Of a DNA stretch of 64,000 bases, positions 10,120-19,737 are shown in pieces (within the stretch, counting starts at the first letter, position 1; every line of letters begins with the position of its first letter). Position numbers and translations under genes: made by a program. The notes below the pieces were generated by a model. That model did not search any database. It saw nothing but the letters and a program-made list of their open reading frames with translations, and was not told the origin of the DNA. This stretch comes from an uncultured delta proteobacterium (lineage in GTDB: Bacteria > Desulfobacterota > Desulfobacteria > Desulfobacterales > B30-G6), in NCBI GenBank assembly GCA_963823335.1, contig CAWGLD010000001.1, forward strand, positions 928,001-992,000, written 5' to 3'.

Positions 10120-10326
10120 CGAACACGACATTGCCGTTTCAGGCGAACCGGTTACTTGGGCGGCAATGACATGGCAAAATCGACACCTCCTTCAATTGTT
10201 ATACAGGCACTGTCTGTTTGGGTTCTGCGGTTGTTACTTTACGTAAAATATTATATGTATGGACGTGTTCCATGTCACCATCCAGAACAAAAACCGCAAC
10301 CCTTGGATACCGATTTTGGAGGCCTC

Positions 10327-11967
10327 ATGAAAAAAGCCAGCCCGTACATCCTAATCGTTTTTTTCATCTTGTCGACCCTGGGTCATGCTTCTGAGTTCGT
10401 ATCGTCCCAAATTTCGGAAGTCACTCTTTTTTCCAACCAGGCCATGGTTGTCAGAGAAGGGCAGGCCCATTTAACGCCAGGCATGAATGAACTGCTTGTT
10501 GAAACCACTGCATTCAACGTGGACAAGGATTCCGTGTCCGCCCAGGTTTTTGGGAATGGAGAGATGGTCAGTGTCCAGATCAAGCAGATCCCCCTGGCTG
10601 ACTTCCCTCAAGATCAGGTCAATACCCTTTCGGAAAAACTCAGAAAACTGAAACAATCCCGAAAGAGTTTGTCCGACAAAAAGACGGTTCTCGGTAAAAA
10701 GGCGTCTTTCCTGGATGGTCTGATTGATTTTTCAAAAACACAACTCCCCAAGGATGTTCAAACCCGTTATCCCAAGATGGAAGACATCCAGGAAACATTG
10801 TCCTTTATCGGTTCCACATCCACAGAGATCCATGCGGAAAGCCAGACCCTCGATATTGCCCTGGAAGACATGGACAGGGAAATTGATAAAGCCCAAAAAG
10901 AGCTCGCCGCCGTAGGCGGTAGCAGCCGAGCCTCCAAACAGGCCATAGAAATCCTTTTCAATGCCACCCAGGAGGAAACCGTTCTGCTGAGTGTTCAATA
11001 TCTGGTGAGTAGCGCCCTTTGGCAGCCTTTGTACAAAATTTCCGTGCCCATGGATCTATCGGTATTGGATTTGACCATGTTTGCTCATATTTCCCAGAAA
11101 TCAGGGGAAGACTGGAAGAAGATAGCCCTTTCTGTGTCCAATGTCATTCCGGTAAAAGGGGTCCGATTTCCCGATATATCTCCCTGGAGACTAGATCTGC
11201 CAAGACCCGCCCCTGCACTTCTCATGCGGTCCCAGGCCAAGTCCCTGGCAGAAGTCTCTGATACCATGGAACACGATGAAGAAATTCAATTGGGTGCAAG
11301 TGTTCCCGCTGAATATATGTCTGCTTCGGCAAAAGAGCTGCCCCTCTCCTTTGAATACAAGATGCCCTTTCCCGTGGACATCGATTCCAGAGATCAATAC
11401 TCGATTTTACCATTGTTGACAAAAAAATTGTCCGCCGACACCTTTCACTACAGCGTTCCCGGGAAAACTAATCTTACCTTTCTTGTTGCAGAAACCAAGG
11501 CGGACAAGGAGTTGTTGGCAGGCAAGTTGAATGTCTATTTTGGCGGTCGCTATATCGGAAATACCTCTTTGTCCGAAAAAAAGCCAGCCGAACCCTTTTC
11601 CCTGAATCTCGGCGCCGACCGTGACGTAAAAGTTCATCGCAAAAAATTGAAAGACAAGATCAAAGAAACCTATTTTGGTACCATTCAGAGGGATACGGTG
11701 GTCCGGTCGTTTTCGTATAAAATAACTGCCGAGAATATCAAAGACCGACCGGTTACGTTAAAAATAGTTGACAGGGTGCCTGTTTCAAAAACAGACAAGA
11801 TCGAGGTTAAAGACATCCAACTCACCCCGGTGCCGACAGAAAGCAACTATCAAGACAAGGAAGGCGTCCACTTGTGGGTGCTCCAGCTGTCACCGGGGGA
11901 AACACGCGAAATTTTTCTCGACTTCACGGTTGCCTATCCCACGGGATCTAATCCCTTGGGGTTTTAA
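10327..11967 (+). CDS. Mucoidy inhibitor MuiA-like (DUF4140/DUF4139) exported protein
   Basis: Signal peptide, ISEVTLF...A.V.R, a coiled coil, W.P.Y, Q.SGEDW and L.LG.D..V.V motifs. GGAGG RBS before 10327. Confidence 0.85.
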   Translation: MKKASPYILIVFFILSTLGHASEFVSSQISEVTLFSNQAMVVREGQAHLTPGMNELLVETTAFNVDKDSVSAQVFGNGEMVSVQIKQIPLADFPQDQVNTLSEKLRKLKQSRKSLSDKKTVLGKKASFLDGLIDFSKTQLPKDVQTRYPKMEDIQETLSFIGSTSTEIHAESQTLDIALEDMDREIDKAQKELAAVGGSSRASKQAIEILFNATQEETVLLSVQYLVSSALWQPLYKISVPMDLSVLDLTMFAHISQKSGEDWKKIALSVSNVIPVKGVRFPDISPWRLDLPRPAPALLMRSQAKSLAEVSDTMEHDEEIQLGASVPAEYMSASAKELPLSFEYKMPFPVDIDSRDQYSILPLLTKKLSADTFHYSVPGKTNLTFLVAETKADKELLAGKLNVYFGGRYIGNTSLSEKKPAEPFSLNLGADRDVKVHRKKLKDKIKETYFGTIQRDTVVRSFSYKITAENIKDRPVTLKIVDRVPVSKTDKIEVKDIQLTPVPTESNYQDKEGVHLWVLQLSPGETREIFLDFTVAYPTGSNPLGF

Positions 11968-11981
11968 GAATCTACTAACCA

Positions 11982-12452
11982 TTACAGCAGTTTTTTTCGC
12001 ATAAAAACAGACAAGGGATCTTTTTGATACGAACCAAAGGGTCCTGTTTTTTCATATCCAAGCTTTTGATAGAGCCCCAAGGCTTCGCTTTGATGGATAC
12101 CTGTTTCGAGGCAGGCCTCTGGATAACCCTCTTGAACCGCTTTCTTTTCCAGGGCATTCATCAGCTTTATTGCCAGGCCCATTCCCCGGTTTTGGTGGGG
12201 CACATACAGTCGTTTTATCTCCACATACTTCCCGGGCATGCGTCTGAATGAGGCAATTCCCAGTAATTCCTGGTCGTTGCATGCGGCAATAAAATAGTAG
12301 TCAGGAGAAACGAGTTTTTCCAACGGTTCAAGGTGGTTGCTTTCCGGTGGATAGAGGGATGCCTGGTAATCATCCAATTTTAAAATCATCTCTTGAATGG
12401 AAGGCGTCCTCGGATCCGCAGGACCAATTTTAAGCTTTATTTTTTCTTTCAT
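11982..12452 (-). CDS. GNAT family N-acetyltransferase
   Basis: LYPPESNH, EIKRLYV...RG.GLA, LETG..Q.EA.GLY and Y..DPLS.FM. Confidence 0.9.
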   Translation of the reverse strand: MKEKIKLKIGPADPRTPSIQEMILKLDDYQASLYPPESNHLEPLEKLVSPDYYFIAACNDQELLGIASFRRMPGKYVEIKRLYVPHQNRGMGLAIKLMNALEKKAVQEGYPEACLETGIHQSEALGLYQKLGYEKTGPFGSYQKDPLSVFMRKKLL

Positions 12453-12456
12453 CCTT

Positions 12457-13008
12457 CTAAATCATTTTCTGCAATATCTGCTCTGTCGAGAGAACCGCTG
12501 CATAGGTGCCGGACAGTGCGGCCATAAAGGACGCATGCACTGCTGAGGCTGGGATGGTTGTATCGTTGAAATACAAATCACGGGTGGCACAGGCGTCTTC
12601 GGCGACCTCACAATCAAACCCCAGATCAAACCCGGCCCGAACGGTGGCGTCAATACACATGTGGCTCATAGCACCACAAAAAAGCAGACCGGTGATGTTC
12701 TCTTTTTTCAGAATTTCCAGGAGAATGGTATCACGAAAGCTGTTTGGGTAGTTTTTTGTTACAACCGTTTCACCTTCTTGAGCGGCCAACAGGTTATGGG
12801 TTTCGGCACCGCGGGTTTCCGGCAGGAAAAATGTCGCCTTCGGACCCATGGAAACATGCCGCACGTGAATGATTCGGGAACCCGTGCTTCTATATTTTTG
12901 CAACAGCATCTTTGCATTTGCGGCAGCCGTTTCCATGCCGACAAGCGCCATGCGACCATCCGGAAAATAATCATTCTGAATGTCAATCAATATCAAGCAA
13001 GTTTTCAT
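12457..13008 (-). CDS. Cysteine hydrolase / isochorismatase family protein
   Basis: [25 protein letters not shown] and DACATRD. Confidence 0.92.
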   Translation of the reverse strand: MKTCLILIDIQNDYFPDGRMALVGMETAAANAKMLLQKYRSTGSRIIHVRHVSMGPKATFFLPETRGAETHNLLAAQEGETVVTKNYPNSFRDTILLEILKKENITGLLFCGAMSHMCIDATVRAGFDLGFDCEVAEDACATRDLYFNDTTIPASAVHASFMAALSGTYAAVLSTEQILQKMI

Positions 13009-13438
13009 CTATCTGCTTTCCCATGCTGATTCGATCTTCCAGCGCATACCCATTGAACCGATAAAACCGCTGAACATCTTCATTTCCTCTCAATATCTGG
13101 AGGTTGATTTTAACACACCCCAGGGAAGCCAGACGTCTCTCCGCATGGGATAGCAGTAATGACGCTATGCCCTTTTTTCGATGCCCGGGATGAACCGCCA
13201 TAGCATAAATCCAGCCCCTGTGCCCATCGTAGCCCGCCATCACCGTTCCCACGATTCCCTCTGGGTGGACGGCCACAAAAAACAAACCATCGAGCATGGC
13301 AATTTTTTTGTCGATGACAAAACCTGGGTCGTTGCGAGCCGCTTCGTAACCAAAAATATCTCTCCAGAGTGTGACAACCTGTTCGCGGTGTTTCACGTTG
13401 TTATATGGTAGAATTTCAAATGGATAGTTATCCATCAT
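12983..13438 (-). CDS. GNAT family acetyltransferase (YpeA-like)
   Basis: [32 protein letters not shown] and ISMGK. Confidence 0.9.
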   Translation of the reverse strand: MMDNYPFEILPYNNVKHREQVVTLWRDIFGYEAARNDPGFVIDKKIAMLDGLFFVAVHPEGIVGTVMAGYDGHRGWIYAMAVHPGHRKKGIASLLLSHAERRLASLGCVKINLQILRGNEDVQRFYRFNGYALEDRISMGKQIDENLLDID

Positions 13439-13557
13439 TTCATTGCCTGTTCAAGATCAGCCATAATATCATCGGCATCTTCTATCCCCACAGACAAACG
13501 CAACAAACCGTCTGTAATGCCCAGTTCTGCACGTTCCCCATCCGTGAAGTTTTGCAT
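13435..13557 (-). pseudogene. C-terminal remnant of a Cys/Met metabolism PLP-dependent lyase (MetB/MetC/Mgl family)
   Basis: Manual translation [40 protein letters not shown], the classic family C-terminus. Its stop overlaps the ATG of the next gene. No upstream part is present. Confidence 0.85.
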
Positions 13558-13577
13558 GGGCGGCCAATTTCAAACGT

Positions 13578-14072
13578 CTAAAGGGTATAGGCCAGTAAAG
13601 AAACCTTGAAAGGTAAGTGTGAAAATGTTTTGACTTCTTGCTCCACAAATCCCATCTTCTCGTACCACTTCTTCAATTCAATCTGTTCGGAAATGATGCC
13701 GATACCGATTCTATGAACCCCCGCAGCTCTTGCCACGTCAAATACATGGCGTATGAGTTCTTTGCCAAAACCATTATTTCGATATTGAGGCAACACCGCC
13801 AGGCGCTCAAGATAGCCCTCTTCAGGCTTGGCTTTTTCAAAGGCTGTGCACCCGATGGTCTTCTCATCAAGCTCAAGGCAATAGTAACTTACCCCACGGT
13901 TCATATCCTTCTTCACCCAGTTTATGCTGCAGTTGGACGGATGCTTGGGGCAGTTTTGATCTGTGAGATTAAACCGTTCAGCCACATCCCGGTAGGCGAC
14001 CCGGATGAGGCCGGCCAGATTGGAAGCTTCATGCGGTCCTGCTTCCCTGATATGTCGGGCGATTTCATTCAT
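13578..14072 (-). CDS. GNAT family N-acetyltransferase
   Basis: YLERLAVLPQYR.NGFG and WYEKMGF. Start trimmed to ATG 14072. Confidence 0.85.
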   Translation of the reverse strand: MNEIARHIREAGPHEASNLAGLIRVAYRDVAERFNLTDQNCPKHPSNCSINWVKKDMNRGVSYYCLELDEKTIGCTAFEKAKPEEGYLERLAVLPQYRNNGFGKELIRHVFDVARAAGVHRIGIGIISEQIELKKWYEKMGFVEQEVKTFSHLPFKVSLLAYTL

Positions 14073-14092
14073 GTCGACCAGGGGTGTTCCTG

Positions 14093-14668
14093 TTACCAGC
14101 TTTCGCAAAACAACTCGAAATGACCGGTCGGTCTTACACAGGCAGGACATTTCCCCGGAGGTTGGGTCCCTTCATGAATATACCCACAGTTTCTGCAGCG
14201 CCAACGCATCTGTTTTTCTCGCTTGAAAATTTTACCGGATTGCATGTTCCGGGCCAGGGCCAGGAAGGTTTTCTCATGCTGTACTTCGGCAACGATAATA
14301 GCATCCCAGGTGTCTGCCGCCCGCAGGTAGTTTTCCTCCCGCGCTATGGCGGCAAACCCTGGATATAGCGTTGTATGCACATTGTTTTCAAGCTCTGCAG
14401 ACGCTATCAGGTTCTCGTGGGTCGTTTTGATGACACCGGTAAGAAACGTTGCCGTAATTTCGAGTTCGCCGCCATTGAAAAACTTGAAAAATCGCAAGGC
14501 GTGTTCCCGCTCCTGATCAGCGGTTTCTTCAAATATTGCAGCGATCTGGGCAAATTCGTCTTTTTGGGCCTTGTTCGCAAAAAATTGATACCGCGTGGTT
14601 GCCTGGGATTCGAAAGCAAAGGACGTCAGCAGGTTTTTGGCTGTTTGGCTTTCCTTGAATTTCCCCAC
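14093..14668 (-). CDS. rbr: Rubrerythrin
   Basis: T..NLL..FA.ESQA..RY, E.EHA and E..HE diiron motifs; C-terminal WRCRNCGY...CPAC rubredoxin domain. GGAGG RBS and GTG start. Confidence 0.93.
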   Translation of the reverse strand: MGKFKESQTAKNLLTSFAFESQATTRYQFFANKAQKDEFAQIAAIFEETADQEREHALRFFKFFNGGELEITATFLTGVIKTTHENLIASAELENNVHTTLYPGFAAIAREENYLRAADTWDAIIVAEVQHEKTFLALARNMQSGKIFKREKQMRWRCRNCGYIHEGTQPPGKCPACVRPTGHFELFCESW

Positions 14669-14756
14669 ACCGCCTCCTCTTAAATAGCGATCGCACCCTC
14701 AACCTCACCCTGAGGGTTTCGCTATTGGAAATGTTCAATGCATATATTAATGGCTG

Positions 14757-14948
14757 TTACTCGATAATTTCAATCGCCTCGGCCCCGCACTCGGCAGCAG
14801 CCTGTCGAACAACTGCTTGCAGATGTTCGGGAATTTCATCGAATTTAACGATGGACATCAGCTGATCTTCGTCGTACTCAAAAACCTCCGGGCAAAGTTC
14901 ATTACAGTTTCTGTCTCCCATGCAATTCTTGGTGATAACAACTTTCAT
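14757..14948 (-). CDS. Monocluster ferredoxin (CxxDxxC type)
   Basis: CMGDRNCNELCPEVF...AAAECGAEAI. AGGAGG RBS before ATG 14948. Confidence 0.88.
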   Translation of the reverse strand: MKVVITKNCMGDRNCNELCPEVFEYDEDQLMSIVKFDEIPEHLQAVVRQAAAECGAEAIEIIE

Positions 14949-15109
14949 CTTTCCGCCTCCTTTTTTGATATTTAAATACATCCTTCGGGTTGCAGGCCCT
15001 CAGAATTTTGAGTTGTGCATTTCACGATTAACTTATATTGCTTAAAAACCAGATTTTGTGTCCTGTCAACAAAAGGATCCGATAATATGAACAATCTTCA
15101 TAAGCGACA

Positions 15110-15949
15110 ATGATACTCTCTTTTCACCCTTTATATACAGCAGACCTAAATCTGCTGTGTGCCGGGCGTGATCCCGGCAGGTCTGAACGGGCGGCACTCC
15201 TTCAGGCAAAGGCCGTGATTCTGCCCCAGGGCTGTCGGGAATCGCTGTATCGCATGGCAAAAAACAACTGCGCGTATGTGTTCCCAGACTATGATGCACG
15301 CTTTGCATATCCGGAAAAAATCGGCCAGGCCAAACTGTTTCATGAAATGAAGGCCCCCCATCCGCATACCGTGATTTATGACAAAGGCGCTTTGACCGAG
15401 GCAGAATATCAAGCCGTGTTGAACAATCCTCCCTTTGAACTGCCATTTGTTTTCAAGTTCAACTGGGGCGGCGAAGGTGAAACCGTTTTTTGCCTAAAAT
15501 CTCGGGAGGCCGTTGAAAAAACACTGAAAAATGCTATTTTATATGGAAAAACGGGTCAGTACGGCTTTCTGCTCCAGGAGCTCATACCATCCAAAGGGCG
15601 TTCGCTACGCGTGGTTGTAATCCATCAATCCTATATTTCCTACTGGCGGGTCCATGAAGATGACGATGGTTTCTACACGAACCTGACAAAAGGTGCTAAA
15701 ATAGACGCTGAATCAGATCCAGCCTTGCAGGAAGCTGCAGTAGCTGCAACTCGAACGTTTTGTAATCAAACAAAGACCAACCTGGCTGGGTTCGATTTTC
15801 TGTTTTCAGAAACGGACCTCGAAGCCGGTGTAATAAAACCGCTCTTTCTTGAAATCAATTATTTCTTCGGCCGCAAAGGGCTCGGTGGCTCTGAAAAATA
15901 CTATCAAATCCTGCATGACGAAATCGACAACTGGCTCAAACAGATATAA
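15110..15949 (+). CDS. RimK-like ATP-grasp domain protein
   Basis: PFVFK..WGGEG..V, LLQELI, LRVVV, TNL.KG, AGFDFL and FLEIN. Confidence 0.8.
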   Translation: MILSFHPLYTADLNLLCAGRDPGRSERAALLQAKAVILPQGCRESLYRMAKNNCAYVFPDYDARFAYPEKIGQAKLFHEMKAPHPHTVIYDKGALTEAEYQAVLNNPPFELPFVFKFNWGGEGETVFCLKSREAVEKTLKNAILYGKTGQYGFLLQELIPSKGRSLRVVVIHQSYISYWRVHEDDDGFYTNLTKGAKIDAESDPALQEAAVAATRTFCNQTKTNLAGFDFLFSETDLEAGVIKPLFLEINYFFGRKGLGGSEKYYQILHDEIDNWLKQI

Positions 15950-15950
15950 A

Positions 15951-16244
15951 ATGGACCCATACGCTTATAATCTTTCTGAAAACGACATCAAGCGGGAACG
16001 TCACAAGGCGCGCGAGATGCGAAGCTCCCAGTGGTGGAAACGAAAGTGCGACAAAGGTATCTGTCATTACTGCGGTCGCTCGATCCTGCCCAAAGAGCTC
16101 ACCATGGATCACATCGTACCCCTTGCCCGGGGTGGAAAAACCACCAAGGGCAATGTCGTTCCCTGCTGCAAGGAATGTAACACGCAAAAAAAGCAGCTTC
16201 TGCCATTGGAGTGGGAAGCCTACCTCTCCCGTCAGACGATATGA
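15951..16244 (+). CDS. HNH endonuclease
   Basis: CHYCG...TMDHIVPLARGG.....NVVPCCKECN..K. Confidence 0.9.
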   Translation: MDPYAYNLSENDIKRERHKAREMRSSQWWKRKCDKGICHYCGRSILPKELTMDHIVPLARGGKTTKGNVVPCCKECNTQKKQLLPLEWEAYLSRQTI

Positions 16245-16279
16245 TCTTACGTCATCTGCTGCGATCCAAATTAAAAAGA

Positions 16280-16308
16280 TTGACATCCTCTCCATAAAAG
16301 AATAGGTT
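16280..16308 (+). promoter_or_regulatory. Candidate sigma-70 promoter of the kinase pair
   Basis: TTGACA-17 nt-TAGGTT, about 290 nt upstream of ATG 16602. Confidence 0.45.
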
Positions 16309-16601
16309 AATTTCCCGAAATAACTTCATGTTCTTATGGTTGTGTCTCGTTGTAGTACTTGCGTTATCTCTGAATTCTCCTTTCGCCCGGTACCCACAGC
16401 GTGCCAGTCTGTGAACTGTTGTTGAATAAGCCCGTGGCTTATCAGAAAATCCGCTTTATCGGGGTTGCGGTTTTGACGAACGAATCTGAATCAGACATAA
16501 TTCCTTTCGGTCGCTTTTAAGCACCGCCGCACGGCAGAAGATTCCTCGCAACTTGTGGGAGGAATCTTCAAGTTCTTCTAAATGTATGGTCAGGAGATAC
16601 G

Positions 16602-18086
16602 ATGCGTACTGAAAAAGAAATCGAGTACCTTTTAAAAGCCATCGATGCATTCCAGAGAAAAATCCTTGTCGTCACATCTGACTTTAAAATCCTGGCCTCA
16701 AATGTCCCCCTCGACAAGCTATCCGAGTCCAAAGATAATGGAAACACCTGTCACGAACTTTTTTATGATCGCCCGTCACCTTGCGAGAACTGCGCTGTCA
16801 AAGCAACCAAAGAAAGCCTCTCGCCGTCCCTGTGTCCCAAGCCTGACAGCTTCATTCTCGAAGGCAGTTTACCCTGTTTTTACGCCTATCCCATCATGGA
16901 CGGCAATACCGTGGAGGCCTATGTCAGTATGGACTTTCAGATCCCCAGCATAGGGCTGTTGGAAGAAGAGCTGCACCGCACCAACGCGCTATTGGAAAAC
17001 CTCCTTCTGAGTGCCGTCGATTGTGTGATCGCAGCCGACATGAAGGGGAATATTTTTCTGTTCAACGCATCCGCCGAGGAACTCTTCGGATACAGCAAGA
17101 AAGAAGCCAGAAACAGTATCAATGTACGCGACATCTACCCGGGAGACGGTGCACGTCAAGTGATGAAACTGTTGCGAAGCGATACCTATGGAGGTAAAGG
17201 GCGTCTAAAAACCTATCATACCAATGCTCTTTCCAAATCAGGAACAGAGATACCTATCAGCCTTTACGCATCTGTCATTTATGAAGAAGGCAAGGAAGTT
17301 GCTACCATTGGATTTTTTCATGATCTCAGGGACCGGATCCGGATCCAGAAAGAATTAGACGACACGCAGGTGCAACTATTACAAGCCGAAAAAATGTCTT
17401 CCCTGGGAAAACTGGCGGCAGGTGTTGCCCATCAGATCAATAATCCCCTGGGGGGTATTACCCTTTTTGCCAAGCTGATGCTGGAAGAATACACCCTTGA
17501 AAAAGGTGCTCAAGAAGATTTGCACCGCATTTTAAGAGATGCCGAGAGATGCCAGAACACGGTCAAGGAACTGCTCGAGTTCACCCGCCAGACACGGCAT
17601 CTGATGCAACCCAACAACATCAACGAAGCACTGAATCGAACACTGTTTCTTCTTGAAAATCAAACTCTTTTTCAAAATATTGATATCAAGAAAGATTTTC
17701 AGCCGGATCTTCCCCTCGTTGTATCCGATGCACAGCAGCTGTATCATCTGATGATGAACATCATTCTCAATGCAGCCCAAGCCATGGATGGCAATGGTGC
17801 GCTTCACCTTAAAACCTATCATCTGGAAAAACAGGCTCGTGTCTGCATCGAAATTTCCGACACGGGTCCGGGGATACCCGAGGAAGCCCTGCCACATATC
17901 TTTGAACCTTTTTTTACTACCAAGGATGAAGGCAAAGGAACCGGCTTAGGGCTCAGCCTGGCATACAATATCGCCGAAAGCCACGGAGGTAGGATGTCCG
18001 CCAGAAACAACCGGGAAAAGGGCGCCTCGTTTATTATCGAGTTGCCATCTGCTTCTAAAGATCAGAAAGGAGACGAGCGTGAATGA
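16602..18086 (+). CDS. PAS-domain sensor histidine kinase (NtrB-like)
   Basis: Cys-containing N-terminal PAS-like region, a second PAS domain, H-box AAGVAHQINNPL, N-box NIILNAAQA, DTGPGI, FEPFFTTK and GTGLGL. Confidence 0.92.
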   Translation: MRTEKEIEYLLKAIDAFQRKILVVTSDFKILASNVPLDKLSESKDNGNTCHELFYDRPSPCENCAVKATKESLSPSLCPKPDSFILEGSLPCFYAYPIMDGNTVEAYVSMDFQIPSIGLLEEELHRTNALLENLLLSAVDCVIAADMKGNIFLFNASAEELFGYSKKEARNSINVRDIYPGDGARQVMKLLRSDTYGGKGRLKTYHTNALSKSGTEIPISLYASVIYEEGKEVATIGFFHDLRDRIRIQKELDDTQVQLLQAEKMSSLGKLAAGVAHQINNPLGGITLFAKLMLEEYTLEKGAQEDLHRILRDAERCQNTVKELLEFTRQTRHLMQPNNINEALNRTLFLLENQTLFQNIDIKKDFQPDLPLVVSDAQQLYHLMMNIILNAAQAMDGNGALHLKTYHLEKQARVCIEISDTGPGIPEEALPHIFEPFFTTKDEGKGTGLGLSLAYNIAESHGGRMSARNNREKGASFIIELPSASKDQKGDERE

Positions 18087-19575
18087 CAGCGCTGAAGCAT
18101 TGCAGGTTCTCATCGTGGATGACGAACAGGATATTCGAGAAGGCTCGGAACGAATCCTCATCCGTATGGGTTTCAAGGTGTCCAAGGCCGCCAATGGACA
18201 AGAGGCCCTGGATGTCTTTCCAAAGATAAAACCCACAATCGTTCTGCTGGATCTCAAAATGCCGGGCATGGACGGTATGGAAGTCCTGGAGCGGCTCAAA
18301 AAAATCGACCCCGCCATCATCGTCATCGTCATCACCGGCTATGCCACGGTGGAGACTGCTATCCAGGCAATGAAACAGGGTGCTTATGATTTTATCCCCA
18401 AGCCCTTTGAACCAGATCAACTCCGACTCATTGTCAACCGGGCAGCGGAAAAAATCCGTCTTGAAATGGAAGCGGAAAAGCTGACCCGGGAGCGCCAGCG
18501 AACCCTGCTGGACTTGGGAACTGAAAAAAGCCGTATCCGCACGATCCTCGAGTCACTCCCCAACGGCGTCCTGGTAACCAATACTCTGGGACGGGTCGTT
18601 TTAATGAACCCAGCCTTCAAGCAACTCCTGGGGTTCGATGCGGATTATCCCCTGGGTGAAAGCATCGAAAGATACCTTCCCGATGATGGCTTGTGCAAGC
18701 TTGTCATGGAAATTTCCAAAGGCAGGCATATCGACTTTGAAGACATTCCGGAATATGAGTTCTCTTTTTCCAAAGAACAGTATTTCATGGCCAAGGGGCG
18801 TCCGGTATTAGGACAGAAAAAGGAATGCCTGGGTGCTGTGGTAACGGTGGTGGACATTACCGCACTGAAAATGATTGATCTGCTGAAATCTGAATTCGTT
18901 GCCAAGGTGTCCCATGAACTGCGGTCTCCCCTCTCCACCATTCACGAACAGCTTGCCGTTGTTCTGGGCGACATGATGGACATCGCACCTGAAACCGACC
19001 AGAAAATCCTCGGCCGAGCCAAGGAAAAGACCCACAGCCTCATTTCCCTGATAGGCGACCTGCTTGACCTCTCCAGAATCGAAGAGGGCGTTATCTGCAA
19101 AGAACCCGTACCGGTCCAGGTCGACGTCTTATTGAAAAACATCATCGATTTCCTCAAGGACAAGGCCATTGCCAAGAAGCAGACATTGAGCCTGGAAATC
19201 ATGGGCGATCACCTCCCGGAAATGCAGGCAGACCCGATAGCCCTGGAAAGCGTCTTTGGCAATCTCATTGCGAATGCCATCAACTATACACCCGAAAACG
19301 GCCATATCCGCGTTACGGCCGAGGTGGCCGGCATCAATATCAAGGTGAATGTCATCGACAATGGGTTTGGGATAGAAGACAAGCATCTGGGCCAGATCTT
19401 TGAGCGGTTTTATCGCGTCAAAAACAATCAGACACGCTATATCACGGGAACCGGTCTGGGGCTCCCCATCGTGAAAGAACTGGTCCAGGCACTTGGCGGG
19501 TTTGTCGAGGTAGAAAGTGAGTTTGGCAAGGGGTCGGCATTCACGGTGCTACTTCCGGTAGCCTTGAACACCTGA
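18079..19575 (+). CDS. Hybrid receiver-PAS-histidine kinase
   Basis: REC domain (IVDDE, LLDLKMP, KPF), PAS domain, H-box SHELRSPL, NLIANAI.Y, DNGFGI and GTGLGL. Confidence 0.92.
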   Translation: MNDSAEALQVLIVDDEQDIREGSERILIRMGFKVSKAANGQEALDVFPKIKPTIVLLDLKMPGMDGMEVLERLKKIDPAIIVIVITGYATVETAIQAMKQGAYDFIPKPFEPDQLRLIVNRAAEKIRLEMEAEKLTRERQRTLLDLGTEKSRIRTILESLPNGVLVTNTLGRVVLMNPAFKQLLGFDADYPLGESIERYLPDDGLCKLVMEISKGRHIDFEDIPEYEFSFSKEQYFMAKGRPVLGQKKECLGAVVTVVDITALKMIDLLKSEFVAKVSHELRSPLSTIHEQLAVVLGDMMDIAPETDQKILGRAKEKTHSLISLIGDLLDLSRIEEGVICKEPVPVQVDVLLKNIIDFLKDKAIAKKQTLSLEIMGDHLPEMQADPIALESVFGNLIANAINYTPENGHIRVTAEVAGINIKVNVIDNGFGIEDKHLGQIFERFYRVKNNQTRYITGTGLGLPIVKELVQALGGFVEVESEFGKGSAFTVLLPVALNT

Positions 19576-19737
19576 GCTAAAAATTTCAAATTCCTATTTT
19601 TGGAACAACTTATAGTAAAATCGTCTTGTTCATCGGCTCTGCTGCAGGCTCTCGGCTGTTCTCGTTAAACCGGCCAACAACTGAGAACAAAGAGCGAAGG
19701 AGCTTGCCCCTTGAACCCTCCAAACCTCCACCCCTTT

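Noticed and set aside
375-14668. Run of small co-oriented genes (GNATs, hydrolases) resembling an integron cassette array
   Set aside because: No integrase and no repeated attC-like RYYYAAC...GTTRRRY spacers were seen, and many genes overlap or abut.
15951-16244. HNH gene as part of a mobile element or defence system
   Set aside because: No methylase, transposase, integrase, intron context or flanking repeats were visible.
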